Assembly (NCBI RefSeq): GCF_004010195.1 | Contig: NC_057717.1 | Span: forward strand, 103,035,667-103,099,666 | Source: Chiloscyllium plagiosum | Taxonomy: Eukaryota | Length of the DNA stretch: 64,000 bases | Direction: 5' to 3' | Part shown: positions 1-11,334 of the stretch, piece by piece | Layout: each line of letters begins with the position of its first letter | How positions within the stretch are numbered: the stretch's first letter is position 1 | Made by a program: the position numbers and the translations under genes | Notes under the pieces: generated by a model | The model's database searches: none | What the model was told of the DNA's origin: nothing | Seen by the model: only the letters and a program-made list of their open reading frames with translations

Positions 1-9
1 GACTGCAGG

Positions 10-400
10 TCAGGAAGGCGGTGCTGGGCTGGAGGGATCCGGCTGAGACAAGGTGGGGGGAGGGGGGATGAAGAGACTGGTGGAGTCCAAGTTCATCCCC
101 TGCGGTTGGAGGGTTCCCAGTCGGAAGATAAGACGCTCCTCCTTCGACCGTCGGGTTGTTGTGGTTTGGCGGTGGATGAGTCCAATGACCTGCATATCCT
201 CGGTGGAGTGGGAGGGGGAGTTGAAATGCTGTGCCACAGGTTGGTTGGGTTGGTTCGTCCGGGTGGCCCAGAGGTGCTCTCTGAATCGCTCCGCAAGTAG
301 GCGGCCTGTCTCCCCAATATAGAGGAGGCCACACCGGCTGCAGCGGATGCAGTAGATGATGTGGGTGGAGGTGCAGGTGAATCTGTGGCGGATATGGAAG
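10..400 (-). mobile_element. Penelope-like retroelement, GIY-YIG endonuclease domain (C-terminus of ORF), stop-free fragment
   Basis: Translation FTCTSTHIIYCIRCSRCGLLYIGETGRLLAERFREHL...VAQHFNSPSH...EERLIFRLGTLQPQGMN has the IY..C..C...YIG.T, R..EH, HF and terminal G.N motifs typical of PLE endonucleases. Confidence 0.92.
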
Positions 401-403
401 TTG

Positions 404-578
404 CTGTGCTGTGCGCTGTTCCAGCAATAAAGTTTCCTGACCTGCTGTGCTGTTCCAGCAATAAAGTTTCCCTGACCTGCTGTGCTGCTCCAGCAATAAA
501 GTTTCCCTGACCTGCTGTGCTGTTCCAGCAATAAAGTTTCAATTTTGATCTCCAGCATCTGCAAACCTCACTTTCTCC
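404..578 (+). repeat. About 4 tandem copies of a 35-bp PLE terminal unit followed by the PLE 3' tail, inverted relative to the endonuclease
   Basis: Unit cctgacctgctgtgctgttccagcaataaagtttc at 437-470, 471-505, 506-540 plus a partial copy; then tail gatctccagcatctgca.acctcactttctcc, also seen at 58182-58213. Confidence 0.85.
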
Positions 579-707
579 TCCTTAATGTCTGAATTTTCCT
601 TCTAACTTAGTTTGGGGTTATGTTCAGCATGGACTAGTTGGACCAAAGTGTCGGTTTCCATGCTGTTTGACTCTATGACTCTCTATAACAGACTCAAGAT
701 ACTCTAC

Positions 708-803
708 TCCTTCTTGATGAAGAGTTTATACCAAAAATGTTGATTCTCCTGTTCCTTGGATGCTGCCTGACCTGCTGTGCTTTTCGAGCACCACACTCTC
801 GAC
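708..803 (+). mobile_element. PLE terminal (pseudo-LTR) fragment with decayed hammerhead motif
   Basis: cttgatgaagagtttatacc...gattctcctgttccttggatgctgcctgacctgctgtgcttttc matches the 58094-58176 arm. Confidence 0.75.
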
Positions 804-1119
804 CCTGTCCCTGTGGCCCACTTTAACTTCTGGAGTGTTATCTGGATTTACTGTAACCTGTATCCAGTATCCTCTGAATGTACTAATGCCAGGGCTAAAT
901 TAATCAACACTTCAAGGATTTATGCCTGTTCTGATCCTGTGTTCTAACCTTCTCTCGACATCACATGAGATGAGATAGAGGATCTGCCGTGGTAATATTG
1001 AAAGGTGGAATAGGCTCAGATTAAAAACACAGTTAAAAAAAACTTGCAAATGAACATTTTGTTCGTAATGGATTCCCAACTCAAATATGCAAGAGATGTT
1101 GGATCAGTGGATCGCATCA

Positions 1120-1211
1120 GAGAAACAGAAATTTCTGGAGAAGCCTCTGGCAGTACCTAGGAAGGGAGAAACAGAATTAATGCTTCAAGTCCAGTGGCCC
1201 TTCTTCAGAAC
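1120..1211 (-). mobile_element. Old PLE terminal fragment with degenerate hammerhead core
   Basis: Reverse complement reads gttCTGAAGAagggccactggacttGAAGcattaat. Confidence 0.55.
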
Positions 1212-1290
1212 ATTATTGTATGTCCCATAGTTTTGCCAGTTTTACTGGTTTTCTTTTCTGGGTCGATGGATCAAGCAGCCTATTCCTGGG

Positions 1291-1470
1291 TGGCACTGTG
1301 GCTCAGTGGTTGGCACTGTGGCTCAGTGGTTAGCACTGTGGCTCAGTGGTTGGCACTGTGGCTCAGTGGTTAGCACTGTGGCTCAGTGGTTGGCACTGTG
1401 GCTCAGTGGTTGGCACTGTGGCTCAGTGGTTAGCACTGTGGCTCAGTGGTTGGCACTGTGGCTCAGTGGT
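1291..1470 (+). repeat. Tandem array, 9 x 20 bp, of the SINE 5' head containing the Pol III A-box
   Basis: t(g/a)gcactgtggctcagtggt repeated 9 times, running directly into a SINE body. Confidence 0.95.
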
Positions 1471-1690
1471 TAGCCCTGCTGTCTCACTGCACTATAAAGC
1501 CAGGTTCAATCCCTGGGGAGACAGTGTGGAGTTTTCGCATCCTCCCTGTGGGTGTGCTTCTGTTTCCAACCACAGTCCAAAGATGTCCAGGATGGGAGGA
1601 TTGGCCATGGGCGAAGCAGGGTCCTGGGAGTGGAATGCTCGTTAGTGTGGACATGAGGGCTGAATGGCCTGTACTGTGGAGATTCTATGG
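1451..1690 (+). mobile_element. HE1/V-SINE, diverged
   Basis: A-box, B-box-like ggttcaatccc, V-domain-like gtgtggagttttcgcat...cacagtccaaagatgt and CR1-like tail. Confidence 0.8.
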
Positions 1691-2224
1691 GCCCTGTCCT
1701 GTGGAGCCTGTTGTCAGTTAATCCAAGATTGCTACTGCATGACTGATTGTTTCTGGTTGTGGTCATTAAACTTTTAAACGACACTCCACGGGCCCCAATC
1801 CGGTTGCAGGTTCCTGTTGTGCAGTTCAGTTCTCACCTTCTAGCTGAACAGAAAACAGACCCATACTAAGCTTGTTGTGGTTGATCTGATGGGCTGCTAT
1901 GAGTGACAACTCTTTAATACTGCATTCGGGGTTATCACTGCAAGAAACTCTGACTTTCGGAGTAAGTTAAACCTTCCTCGACCACCAATGCGTGAAATAT
2001 TAGTTCTTCACTCAACTATTTCATGACAAATCTTTGAAAAATAAGTCTCGCTCAGGTGGAGCTGCACTGCAGTGGATGCGTGTTAGACAATTGAGATCAG
2101 GCTCAATGACACTTCCAAACATCAGAGTATGAACTGGATGCACACATATATTATTTTGCCTCTCAGGTCTGCTCTACCATTCAATAAGATTGTGGCAGAT
2201 AACATAAGAAATAGGCACGATGTG

Positions 2225-2352
2225 AGGAGCTATAAATTCTGTGTCTTATGGTCCTGCTGCACAGCTACCTGATGAAGGAGCGTCTCTCCGAAAGCTAGTG
2301 CTTCCAATTAAACCTGTTGGACTATATCCTAGTATTGTGTGATTTTTAACTT
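2225..2352 (+). mobile_element. PLE family-2 terminal fragment
   Basis: Matches the reverse complement of 6278-6372 (ttccaattaaacctgttggactata...gtgtgatttttaactt). Confidence 0.75.
2266..2300 (+). ncRNA. Minimal type-I hammerhead ribozyme motif (PLE family 2)
   Basis: tac-CTGATGA-a-GGAG cgtct CTCC-GAAA-gc-TA-gtg: intact core, stem II, palindromic AGCT stem III, 3-bp stem I with one G-U pair. Confidence 0.7.
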
Positions 2353-2353
2353 C

Positions 2354-2630
2354 ATAAGAACTCAGAGTAGGAATACGCCATCTGGCCCATCCAGCCTGAT
2401 CCACCATTCAACAAGGATCTCTTTGTGGACTCAGCTCCACTTACCCTTAATTCCTTTACTGTTCAAAAATCTATCTTTGCCTTAAAAACATTCATCGAGG
2501 TAGTGTCAACTGCTTCACAGTGCAGGGAATTCCACAGATTCCCAACCCTTTGGGAGAAGAAGGTTTTCCTCAACTCAGTCCTAAATCTGCTCCCTGTCAT
2601 TTTGAAGCTATGCCCCCTAATTCTAGAATG
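2354..2630 (-). mobile_element. CR1 LINE 3' fragment
   Basis: RIRGHSFKMTGSRFRTELRKTFFSQRVGNLWNSL..AVD...FKAKIDF is the CR1 ORF2 C-terminus. Confidence 0.88.
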
Positions 2631-3699
2631 CCTACAGTAAACCCTTAAGAAGCTCAATTTGCTATGATGTTGTCTGAGCTGCAAACTGTTACAGCCGTTT
2701 GGCTACATGATTGGCAAGGAGGCCTCGGACCTCAGTCAATCCACTCACTCACTTGAATATTCATGACCGATTTTACAAATCCAGTGGCAGATCTAAGGAG
2801 CCATAGCGGCAAAAACAGTTGGCATCAGAATTGGTCCTGCCTTTAGATGTCACTTAGCATGCCATGTCCATGCGATGGGATATTCTACGTGTTAAATCTT
2901 ACAGTGACCCCTACTGAAAGTGCACAAGATTACACTAGCTGCATGAAACTGCTCGTTTTGGATTTCTATGAATACAGCTTTCAAATGGAAACCACGCCAT
3001 TGGGCAGGTATATTAAAGACACGCATGGTGTGTAACACAAGAAGCAGCGACCCACAACATGCAATAAATGTCTGCCTGTGCAAAAAATCCAGTCTGTGCT
3101 CCTACAGAGAGCTCAGCTGATCTCCCGAAGCAGTCCTGGATTCCTGAGTGATTCAGCCTTACACTCCTTTCAGGAAGTGGATTAATCCACAGCATCACAA
3201 ATCAGATTGGAAGGAGAATTGTTTTCAGGGAACAACGTGAGGAATAGACAATGTGGAAGGGCGTGTGGTTTAGCTGAGTAGAAATGATCTCCAACTAATC
3301 AAATTTTTTTCATGATTACCTTTTTACTTTGTGTTAGATATATAATAGTAATGATAGCTGAGAATATTTATCAATATAATATCTTTGTCCATCTGTCTGC
3401 CTCCCTCTCCTCTTCTGTCCCTACTACCTTCCTCGCTGGCCCTCTCTGTCTTTCTCCATTTATCTCCTTCTCTCGCAGTGGGAAAAACAAAGTGAAAATT
3501 CAGCTTACAGTGTCATTTAATAAGGTCATGGCCTTTCTGTTTGTGCTTTGAAATCCACTTTCCTAAGAATTCTACAGAGAAGGGAATGGACTGGTCATAT
3601 TGGAATGCCATTGTGAGATTTACGAGATGAGTTGGATCAGTATACATCAAGCACAGGTTTTATCAGGCTATCCTTCTGGTCTCGTTTATTCCTCACCTT

Positions 3700-3900
3700 G
3701 CCCTTTCTCCTCCTCTCTTTCCCTCTAATCCTCCATCTCGTCTTTGCTCTTTGTTTCTCTTGCCCCTGTGTCTCTCTGCCTCACTCTCTGCCCCTCTCCC
3801 TCCCCTTTTCTCTCTCTCTCTCTCTCTCTTTTTCCCTCTCCCTTCCCATCTCCCTTGGTGTGTGTCTCTCCTTTCTGTCTCTTTTTCTCTCCTTTTCCAG
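3700..3900. repeat. CT-rich low-complexity tract with (CT)n core
   Basis: Polypyrimidine run, (ct)n at about 3809-3828. Confidence 0.85.
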
Positions 3901-4564
3901 CGTATGATAAAAATTGTTTTTTTTTAATGGGTGCCCTCACATGTGCTGTCCCTGTGATACCTCAGCTTTAGATGGCTTGATAAACCAACGCTGTTCAAGA
4001 TGTTATCTTCAAAAGGAGCACTCCGCCCTTTACCTCTTCAACAGCAGTTTTTCTCGAAATAAATCTTTCACTTACAAGAAGTATTCCCTGTTTTAATTTG
4101 CTCTGTGTCGTCATGGAAACCTAATGTTTTGTGCCATTACATTGCTGGGAAGTCATTTGAGTGCTTATCAAAGGTGACTCACCAACTGACAACCGTTGCA
4201 GTGAGGATCAATAAGCACTCTGTCTCTGTGTGCCAATCAAAGGCTCTTAATGTCTTTTAAATTCAGTCCGAGTCCAGTATGCTGACAGCATTCAGCAGTT
4301 ACACTGGACCTCTCTGCTGAGCTCCAACATTTTGCAATTCCAGATGTTGTGATGCAGATGGTGTGATGATTGATGGCTCTGAACAGCCACCAGCCACAAC
4401 TCCAGTTGACACATTAATCATCCAGGTTTACCTTTGACGTGTTATAATCTCCACTGAGATAGGAGTTCAGAACGAGGTTCCAAATTATCAGTCTCACCTC
4501 AAAGAATGATAAGGCAAGATGTCAAGCTTTACTGCAACAAATGACAAGAGAAACACTGTTGACC

Positions 4565-4710
4565 AGACATGACTTTTCCCTTCAGTTCCAAAGAAGAATC
4601 AGATTGGGCTTGAAATGTTAATGCCGTTTCTCTCTCTTCACAGAGGCTGACAAACCTGCTGAGTTTCTCCACTACTTTACTTCAGATTTCCAACATCTGG
4701 CATACTTTGA
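4565..4710 (+). mobile_element. Old PLE terminal fragment
   Basis: ttgaaatgttaa...tttctctctc..cacagaggctgacaaacctgctgagtttctcc...cagatttccaacatctg resembles the other PLE arms and tails. Confidence 0.55.
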
Positions 4711-5125
4711 TTTGGTTGCTAACTAAACTGCAGAAAGATTTCCCATTTAACTTCCAACACAAAAGGAAAAAAATGTTGCTATGAAGAGCTACTTTAAAAT
4801 TATTCTAAGCTCCTGGTGGATTGCTTTCCCAGTTGGGTAGCTTCTCATCCTAGGACTGATTTATATTGTGATGGTTACATTGTAAATTCTTTCCATCTTG
4901 CTCTAAGCTAGGTAAATCTTCCAATCTCGTTTCAATCCTCATAAGTGTGATCTCATTAATTCCACAGTGAGTGGTCACTCACATGCTTTATAGTTAATAA
5001 TAGGGTCAGTACTAATTTGCTTTTGGTGCAGGAATGGATGCTTCTGTTTCCTTGACCTCTACCACTCCAATGAGTGCACTAATCAACAAAATAAATTTCT
5101 TTCTGTCTGTGTTTTTTGATGATTT

Positions 5126-5830
5126 AGAGTCATAGAGGTGTATAGCACAGAAATAGAACCTTCAGTCCAACTCGTCCATACCGATCAGATATCCCAACCT
5201 AATCCAGTCCAATTTGCCAGCACTTGGCCCATATCCCTCCAAACCCTTCCTATTCATAAACTTTTCCAGATGCCTTTTAAATGTTGTAATTCTACCAGCC
5301 TCCACCACTTCCTCTGGCAGCTCATTTCATACACGCACCACCCTCTGCGTGAAAAAGTTACCCCTTAGGTCCCTTTTGAATCTTTCCTCTCTCACCTTAA
5401 ACCTATGCCCTCCAGTTTTGAATTCCCCTCCCCTGGCTATTCACCCTCTCGATGCCTCTCATGATTTTTTAAACCTCTGTAAGATCTTCCCTCACTCTCC
5501 GGCGCTCCAGGGAAAACAGCCCTAGCCTATTCAGCCATTCCCTGCAGCTCAAACCCTCCAAACCTGGCAAAATTGCTCTAAATCTTTTCTGAACCCTTTC
5601 AAATTTAGCAACATCTTTCCTACAGGCAGGGAGACTAGAATTGAGCACAATATTCCAAATATGGCCTAACCAATGTCGCAACATGACATCCCAGCTCCAA
5701 AACCCAATGCACTGACCAATGAAGGCAAGTGAGCCAAAAGCCTTGTTCACCACCCTGTCTGCCTGTGATGCCACTTCCAAGAATCTATGAACCTGCACCC
5801 AAGGTCTCTTTGTTTGCCAACACTATCCTT
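5126..5830 (-). mobile_element. CR1 (HER1-like) LINE 3' fragment
   Basis: KFERVQKRF...LNRLGLFSLERRRVREDLTEV; tail ctatgactct. Confidence 0.92.
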
Positions 5831-6277
5831 GATCTCAAGCATAACTTCCTCTGAGCTCATCCATGCGACAATATCAAACATTTTATCCTTGTCTCACAAT
5901 AGAACTGTTAATTAGCTGTTTGTGATTTTCTTTATTTACTTTCATCTTGGAAGCAAACAGATAGTTTAGACAACAAACTGTATCTATAGCACCTGACTGG
6001 GGCTTTGGGAATTCTAACTGTAAACTCAAGAGACTGAACTCTAAGTATAAATTTCTTGCATCTCCTTCTCAGTAAAATAATCCAAACCTTTTTACTTCAA
6101 CCAATCAAACAACCCAAGCTACTGTCAGGCATACTGCAGACAAAGTCAAAGGGTCCTCTTCATTAACCTTTTATTTAAAGATATAGTTTTAAAATAATCT
6201 TATACACCTCATAACTGTAACAAGTAACATTAGTACTGCACATGACAGTACCAATGATGACTGCCTTGTAACGTTAC

Positions 6278-6630
6278 AAAGTTAAAAATCACACAACACC
6301 AGGTTATGGTCCAACAGGTTTAATTGGAAGCACTAGCTTTCGGAGCGCTGCTCCTTCATCAGGTGGTTGTGGAGGACACCATTGTAAGGCACGGAATTTA
6401 TAGCAAAAGTTTACAGTATGATGTAACTGAAATTATACACTGAAAAATTGATTGTCTGTTAAGCCTTTCATCTGTTAGATTACAGTAATAGTTTCACTTC
6501 TTTCATGTGTAAATCACAAAACGTTTTTTTAAAAGTTGCATTCTTGGGTTAGCTGTTAACAATGGTGATAGCGAGACAATATGTTGAAGGTGTTAGCCCC
6601 CTGTGTTCTCTGTCTCTGCCATGATGTTTA
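6278..6630 (-). mobile_element. PLE family-2 3' UTR/terminal region
   Basis: Same terminus as 2225-2352, 29608-29691 and 35128-35330; contains an intact hammerhead motif. Confidence 0.75.
6331..6365 (-). ncRNA. Minimal type-I hammerhead ribozyme motif (PLE family 2), intact
   Basis: Reverse complement: cac-CTGATGA-a-GGAGC agc GCTCC-GAAA-gc-TA-gtg; stem I cac/gtg, 5-bp stem II. Confidence 0.78.
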
Positions 6631-6789
6631 CCCTCCTGTGTAGGCTCTGGATCTGCAGTTCTTCACCTGGACAAGATGCTACTGATGCTGAATGACCATT
6701 ATCTATTGGAACATGCCTAATTAAAATTGTTTCATTAATATCAAAGGAGACATTCTTTGAAGTGTGGACACCCATGTAATATGTGGGTT

Positions 6790-6970
6790 GGTTATGTCAG
6801 TGGAATGGACAGCTGGCTTACAATATAAGTTAATGTCAATAATGTGGGTTCAATTCCTGCACTGGCTGAGGTTATCTTCCCAACCTCACCCCTTGCCTAA
6901 GGCGTGGTGACCCTCAGGTTAAACCCCCACCCATTGCCTCTGTCTAATGAGAGAGCCCCCTATGGCCTTC
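6790..6970 (+). mobile_element. tRNA-derived SINE family C
   Basis: gtgggttcaattcc...ggctgaggtta...ggtgaccctcaggttaaa; recurs at 29383, 34110 and 59760. Confidence 0.7.
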
Positions 6971-8464
6971 CACTGTTGCAACATATCGTGTCAATCATAG
7001 CTCAGTAGGTCATGCTCCTGTTTGACTGTTGTCTTTTAAGTCAGGAAATCAGCCAATATTACCCAGTCTGGCCTATACATGATGCCAAATCTATAGCGAT
7101 GTGCTTGACTCTTAATTACTATGAAGGCTAACTGGGGACTATTAGTGATTCCCACATCCCATGAAAACAGGGAGAAAATTGTCAATCGTCTCACATATTA
7201 ATTTTTACAAATCAGATGCAGTCTTTCTTCGTTTCTTTGAGGCATGGAAGAGTTTCAAAGGAGTGCTTGACGCGTGAAACAATTACCTTTCGAATATTCT
7301 AATGATGAAAATAGACTGGTACAAAATATATCTTACAGCCTTCCAAATAGAAAAATTGCCACCTCAGGCAGAATTGACCTTTTAGGTGTCCAACACTCTG
7401 GAGTGGTGGCTGCCCTGGTCACAAAGCCTCAGTGTAAATCTTGAAGCAGCGTCATTCACTTTGATGAAAGTCACAATGTCACTACAAACTGGGAGTTAGT
7501 CTAGAGGTGTTGAACCTTGAAGTGAGCAGCTAGAGACAGGTAAATACTCTTGAATCTGGAAACAATTTCAACCAGAGGCCATTTGTGAGTTCATTGTCTT
7601 GGACATTGTGGGGGTTGCGATATCTCTCATGACAATATCAGATATGTAACATTTAGCAAGAAACAATGCGAAATTTCTTCAGTAGATGACATCTCCAAAT
7701 CCTCATGATGTTAGAATGGGAATAGTACAGATGATAGTTAAATACCAGAGCGCAGCAGTTGGAGTCAACCTGAATCACACACCTCCTTTTAAGATAATAC
7801 TTAACCAGATTACACAACCCATACAGCTTCTTGCGATTGGATGGTGGGTAATACAAAAAGATCCAATCAACAAAGCGTGGACTATTCTCCAAGAGAATCT
7901 GGTGCACCTCTCATTTAACAGATGGCTTGTGTCTCGATTTCTGCTTTAACATTTCAAACAAACGCTATATTTCTGCTTTAACAAACACTCATTTGAGCTG
8001 TCAACATAGTTGTCCTCCCACACTATAAAGATACTCGTGTTATTAAATTAGGAATCCAACAATTAAGCTAGATAATTAGGCAAGAAGGGTAATGCAGGGA
8101 AAACAAATTCCTTTAGCAGTTTCTTTTCTTCTTTAGCACGTTTGTAAGATTAGGAAGTTGCATGGGGAGAATGTGCAAAATCCACACAGCCAGTCACCCA
8201 AGACTAGAATCGAACCTGCACACACACAACATGGGTGCTGGGCAAAATATAAACACTCCCACAGTGAGGCAATAGTGTGGGGACAAAGAAAGAAAAGAGG
8301 GAAAAAATAGAATTTTTTGCACTGCTCAAGATCAAAGTAGCATGGTATAAGACAAGAGAAGCTGCAAGATAGTCAGGAAGAACAAACTCTCCAGGCTAGT
8401 GCTATAACAAGATTTCCAAGAAACCATAAGGAAAGATTTCCTGACCTGACCTTATCACATCTTA

Positions 8465-8807
8465 TAGTCCCTGACAAGGTGCCAGCTTTTATATATTGGC
8501 TGGTGACACTCAGTTTTCCTTCAGCAACACCTTTCCTGATCCGTCCCAACTGTCCTTACGGTTTCTCCGACCGTGAGTACTGGATAAGCAGAAGATTCCT
8601 TCAAATAAACATCTGAAGTACAAACCCATTTACTCACTGCCTTGTTAGAATTCCCTCCCTCAGGGCATTGTGGGTCAACCCACAGCAGGTGGACTGGAGC
8701 AGTGCAAGATGACAGCTCACCCTCACCTTCTCAAGGGGCAACTAGGGACAGGCAATAAATGCTGGCCAGTCAGCGAAGGCTCATGTTCCACAAATGAATT
8801 TAAAAAA
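8465..8807 (+). mobile_element. Composite repeat: about 190-bp unidentified body plus family-B LINE 3' tail (copy A)
   Basis: Inverted homolog at 10236-10580; ends gcaataaatgctggcc...aatgaatttaaaaaa. Confidence 0.7.
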
Positions 8808-8949
8808 GGATCTCCATTTCTCTACCTACCCACCCCATCCCTCTCCCTGGCTGAGATGGATTCAAGCATTGACAATGGCAAATCATTGATGCACCATTTT
8901 ATAATGACAGGACTTTCGAATCATGTGATAAATGGTTCAAGGAATAGCT

Positions 8950-9230
8950 GGTATTTATATAACAACAACTGGAGTTAACAAAGCACCATGAATGGCCCCT
9001 GTCACAACACGATGGTGTGATGAGGCAGAATTTGACCCTGATGCACTGGGGCTGTGAGGTGAAATGGTCAGAAACTCAATCAAAGTCAGAGACTTCAAGG
9101 AGTTTCTTGAAGGAGGAGAGAGAGAGTCAGAGGTTTAGGGGATGATTCTGAAGCTGATGGCACCAGTGTTGGAGTAAATCCAGTGGGTATCCTCATGAGG
9201 GCCAGGTTAGAATTACACAATGGTAACAGT
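8950..9230 (-). mobile_element. Ancient L2-like LINE 3' remnant
   Basis: ggtcagaaactcaatcaaag...aaggagtttcttgaaggaggagagagag..gaggtttaggg, similar to 32640-33160. Confidence 0.5.
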
Positions 9231-9460
9231 ATAAACATTTGGTCCACTATGCCAGTTCTGGCTCCCTGCATGAGACACTTACCCAATTCCAGTAGCACTG
9301 CCAATTTTATTTCTCTTTGGATAATTATCCAATGCTCTTTTCAAAGTGAGGATTGAATGTACCATGTCCACACTTGCAGGCCGCGCAATCCCCATGCTAA
9401 ACCATTCACTTTCTTCAAGACACTGTTTCTTCTTTTACCCTTGATCAACCTAGACCCAGA

Positions 9461-9945
9461 TAGAGTCACAGAGTCATAGAGATGTGCAGCACGAAAACAA
9501 ACCCTTTGCTCCAATTCGTCCATATCCACCAGATATCCCAACCTAATCTAGTCTCATTTGACAGCACTAGGCCCATATTCCTCCAAACCCTTCCTATTCA
9601 TATACCCATCCAGATGCCTTTTAAATGTTGTCATTGTACCAGCCTCCACCACTTCCTCTGGCAGCTCATTCCATACATGTACCATCCTCTGCGTGAAAAA
9701 GTTGCCCCTTAGGTCCCTTTTATATCTTTCCCCTCTCACCCTAAACCTATGCTCTCTAGTTCTGTATTCCCCCACCCCAGGAAAAAGACTTTGTCTATTT
9801 ATCCTACCCATGCATCTCGTGATTATATACAGAGCCTCCGACGCTCCGGGGAAAACAGCCCCAGACTGTTCAGCCTCCTCAAATTCTCCGACCCTGGCAA
9901 CATTCTTGTAAATCTTTTCTGAACCCTTTCAAGTTTAACAATATC
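9461..9945 (-). mobile_element. CR1 LINE 3' fragment
   Basis: SLFPGVGEYRTREHRFRVRGERYKRDLRGNFFTQRMVHVWNELPEEVVEAG. Confidence 0.92.
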
Positions 9946-10235
9946 CTCTGCTTCTCCACCCTGCCACCAATGGGAACAGATTGTCCTGATCTACTCTGTG
10001 CATACATCCACTTCTCTCCTCCAACATGAACTGCTCTCAATAAATTCATAACAGATCAGCTGAAGCAGAGGTGATATCAAATGATGTGAAGGAGGTGGAA
10101 ATAGATAGACCCAGCGATGGTGCAGATAGATACTCCAACTCTTAGCTCAAGGTTAAGCATGTCACCAAGGTTCTGAACTGACTGAACCAATCTGAGGCAG
10201 GGAGATGGATGTAGTTGGTAGCGAGAGAAATGGAG

Positions 10236-10580
10236 TTTATTTTTATTCATTCATGGCACGAGTGCCGCTCTCTGGGCCAGCATTTATTGTCCGTCCCTAT
10301 TTGCCCATTGAGAAGGTGCTGTTGAGCTGTCATTTTGGAGTGCTGCAGCCCATCTGCTGTGGGTTGACCCACAATGCCCTGAGAGAGGGAATTCTAACAA
10401 GGCAGTAAGTGAATGTGTTTGTACTCCCCGGTGTTTATTTGAAGGAATCTTCTGCTTATCCAGTACTCACAGTTGGAGAAACTTTAAGGACAGTTAGGGG
10501 AGTTGGGAAAGGTGTTGCTGAGGGAAAGCTGGGTGTCACCAGCCAACATATAAAAGCTGGCACATTGTCAGGGACTATCA
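10236..10580 (-). mobile_element. Composite repeat (copy B), inverted relative to 8465-8807
   Basis: Colinear match including the body/tail junction gggaattctaacaaggcagt. Confidence 0.7.
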
Positions 10581-10744
10581 CTCGATTGAGAAACCGAAAG
10601 GGGAGGTGTTTGGGGAAGGGAGGACACTGGGGTAATGGTTTAGCAGCAAGAAGAGAAACCAATGCATGTAATTCTCTGGAATTAATGCAATAGTTAGGAA
10701 CTGAACCTGGACAATGGCAGGGTGAACTGAAAAGTGTCGATGCA

Positions 10745-11250
10745 ATTAGATTCGTAAAGTCATAGAGATGTACTGCATGGAAACAGAACCTTTGGTCCAA
10801 TTTGTCCATGCTGACAGATATCCTAAATTAATATAGTTCCATTTATCAGCACTTGGCCCATATCCCTCCAAACCCTTCCTATTCATATACCCATCCAGAT
10901 GCCTTTTAAATGTTGTAATTGTACCAACCTCCACCACTTCCCTTGGCAGCTCATTCCATACACACACACCACCCTCTGTGTGAAAAGGTTGCCCCTTAGA
11001 TCCCTTTGAAATCTTTCCCCTCACACCTTAAACCTAGTTCTGGACTCCCCCACCCCAGGGGAAAAAACCTTGTCTATTTTCCCTATCCATGCCCCTCATG
11101 ACTTTATAAACCTCTACAAGATCATCCCTCAGCCTCCAACGCTCCAGGGAAAACAGCCCCAACCTATTCAGTCTCTCCCTGTAGCTCAAACCTCCAACCC
11201 TGGCAACATCCTTGTAAATCTTTTCTGAACTCTTTCAAGTTTCACAACAT
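10745..11250 (-). mobile_element. CR1 LINE 3' fragment
   Basis: VWNELPREVVEVGTITTFKRHLDGYMNRKGLEGYG. Confidence 0.92.
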
Positions 11251-11334
11251 TTATGTAGTGCCTTTCAAGACCTCAGAACATCCCAATGAGCCATAAAGGC
11301 AACGAGGTATATTTGCAATGTATTTACTATTGTT

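Noticed and set aside
8455..8535. Second GIY-YIG motif (SLTRCQLLYIG)
   Set aside because: Flanked by stop codons shared by both copies and lacking the downstream catalytic motifs; likely coincidence.
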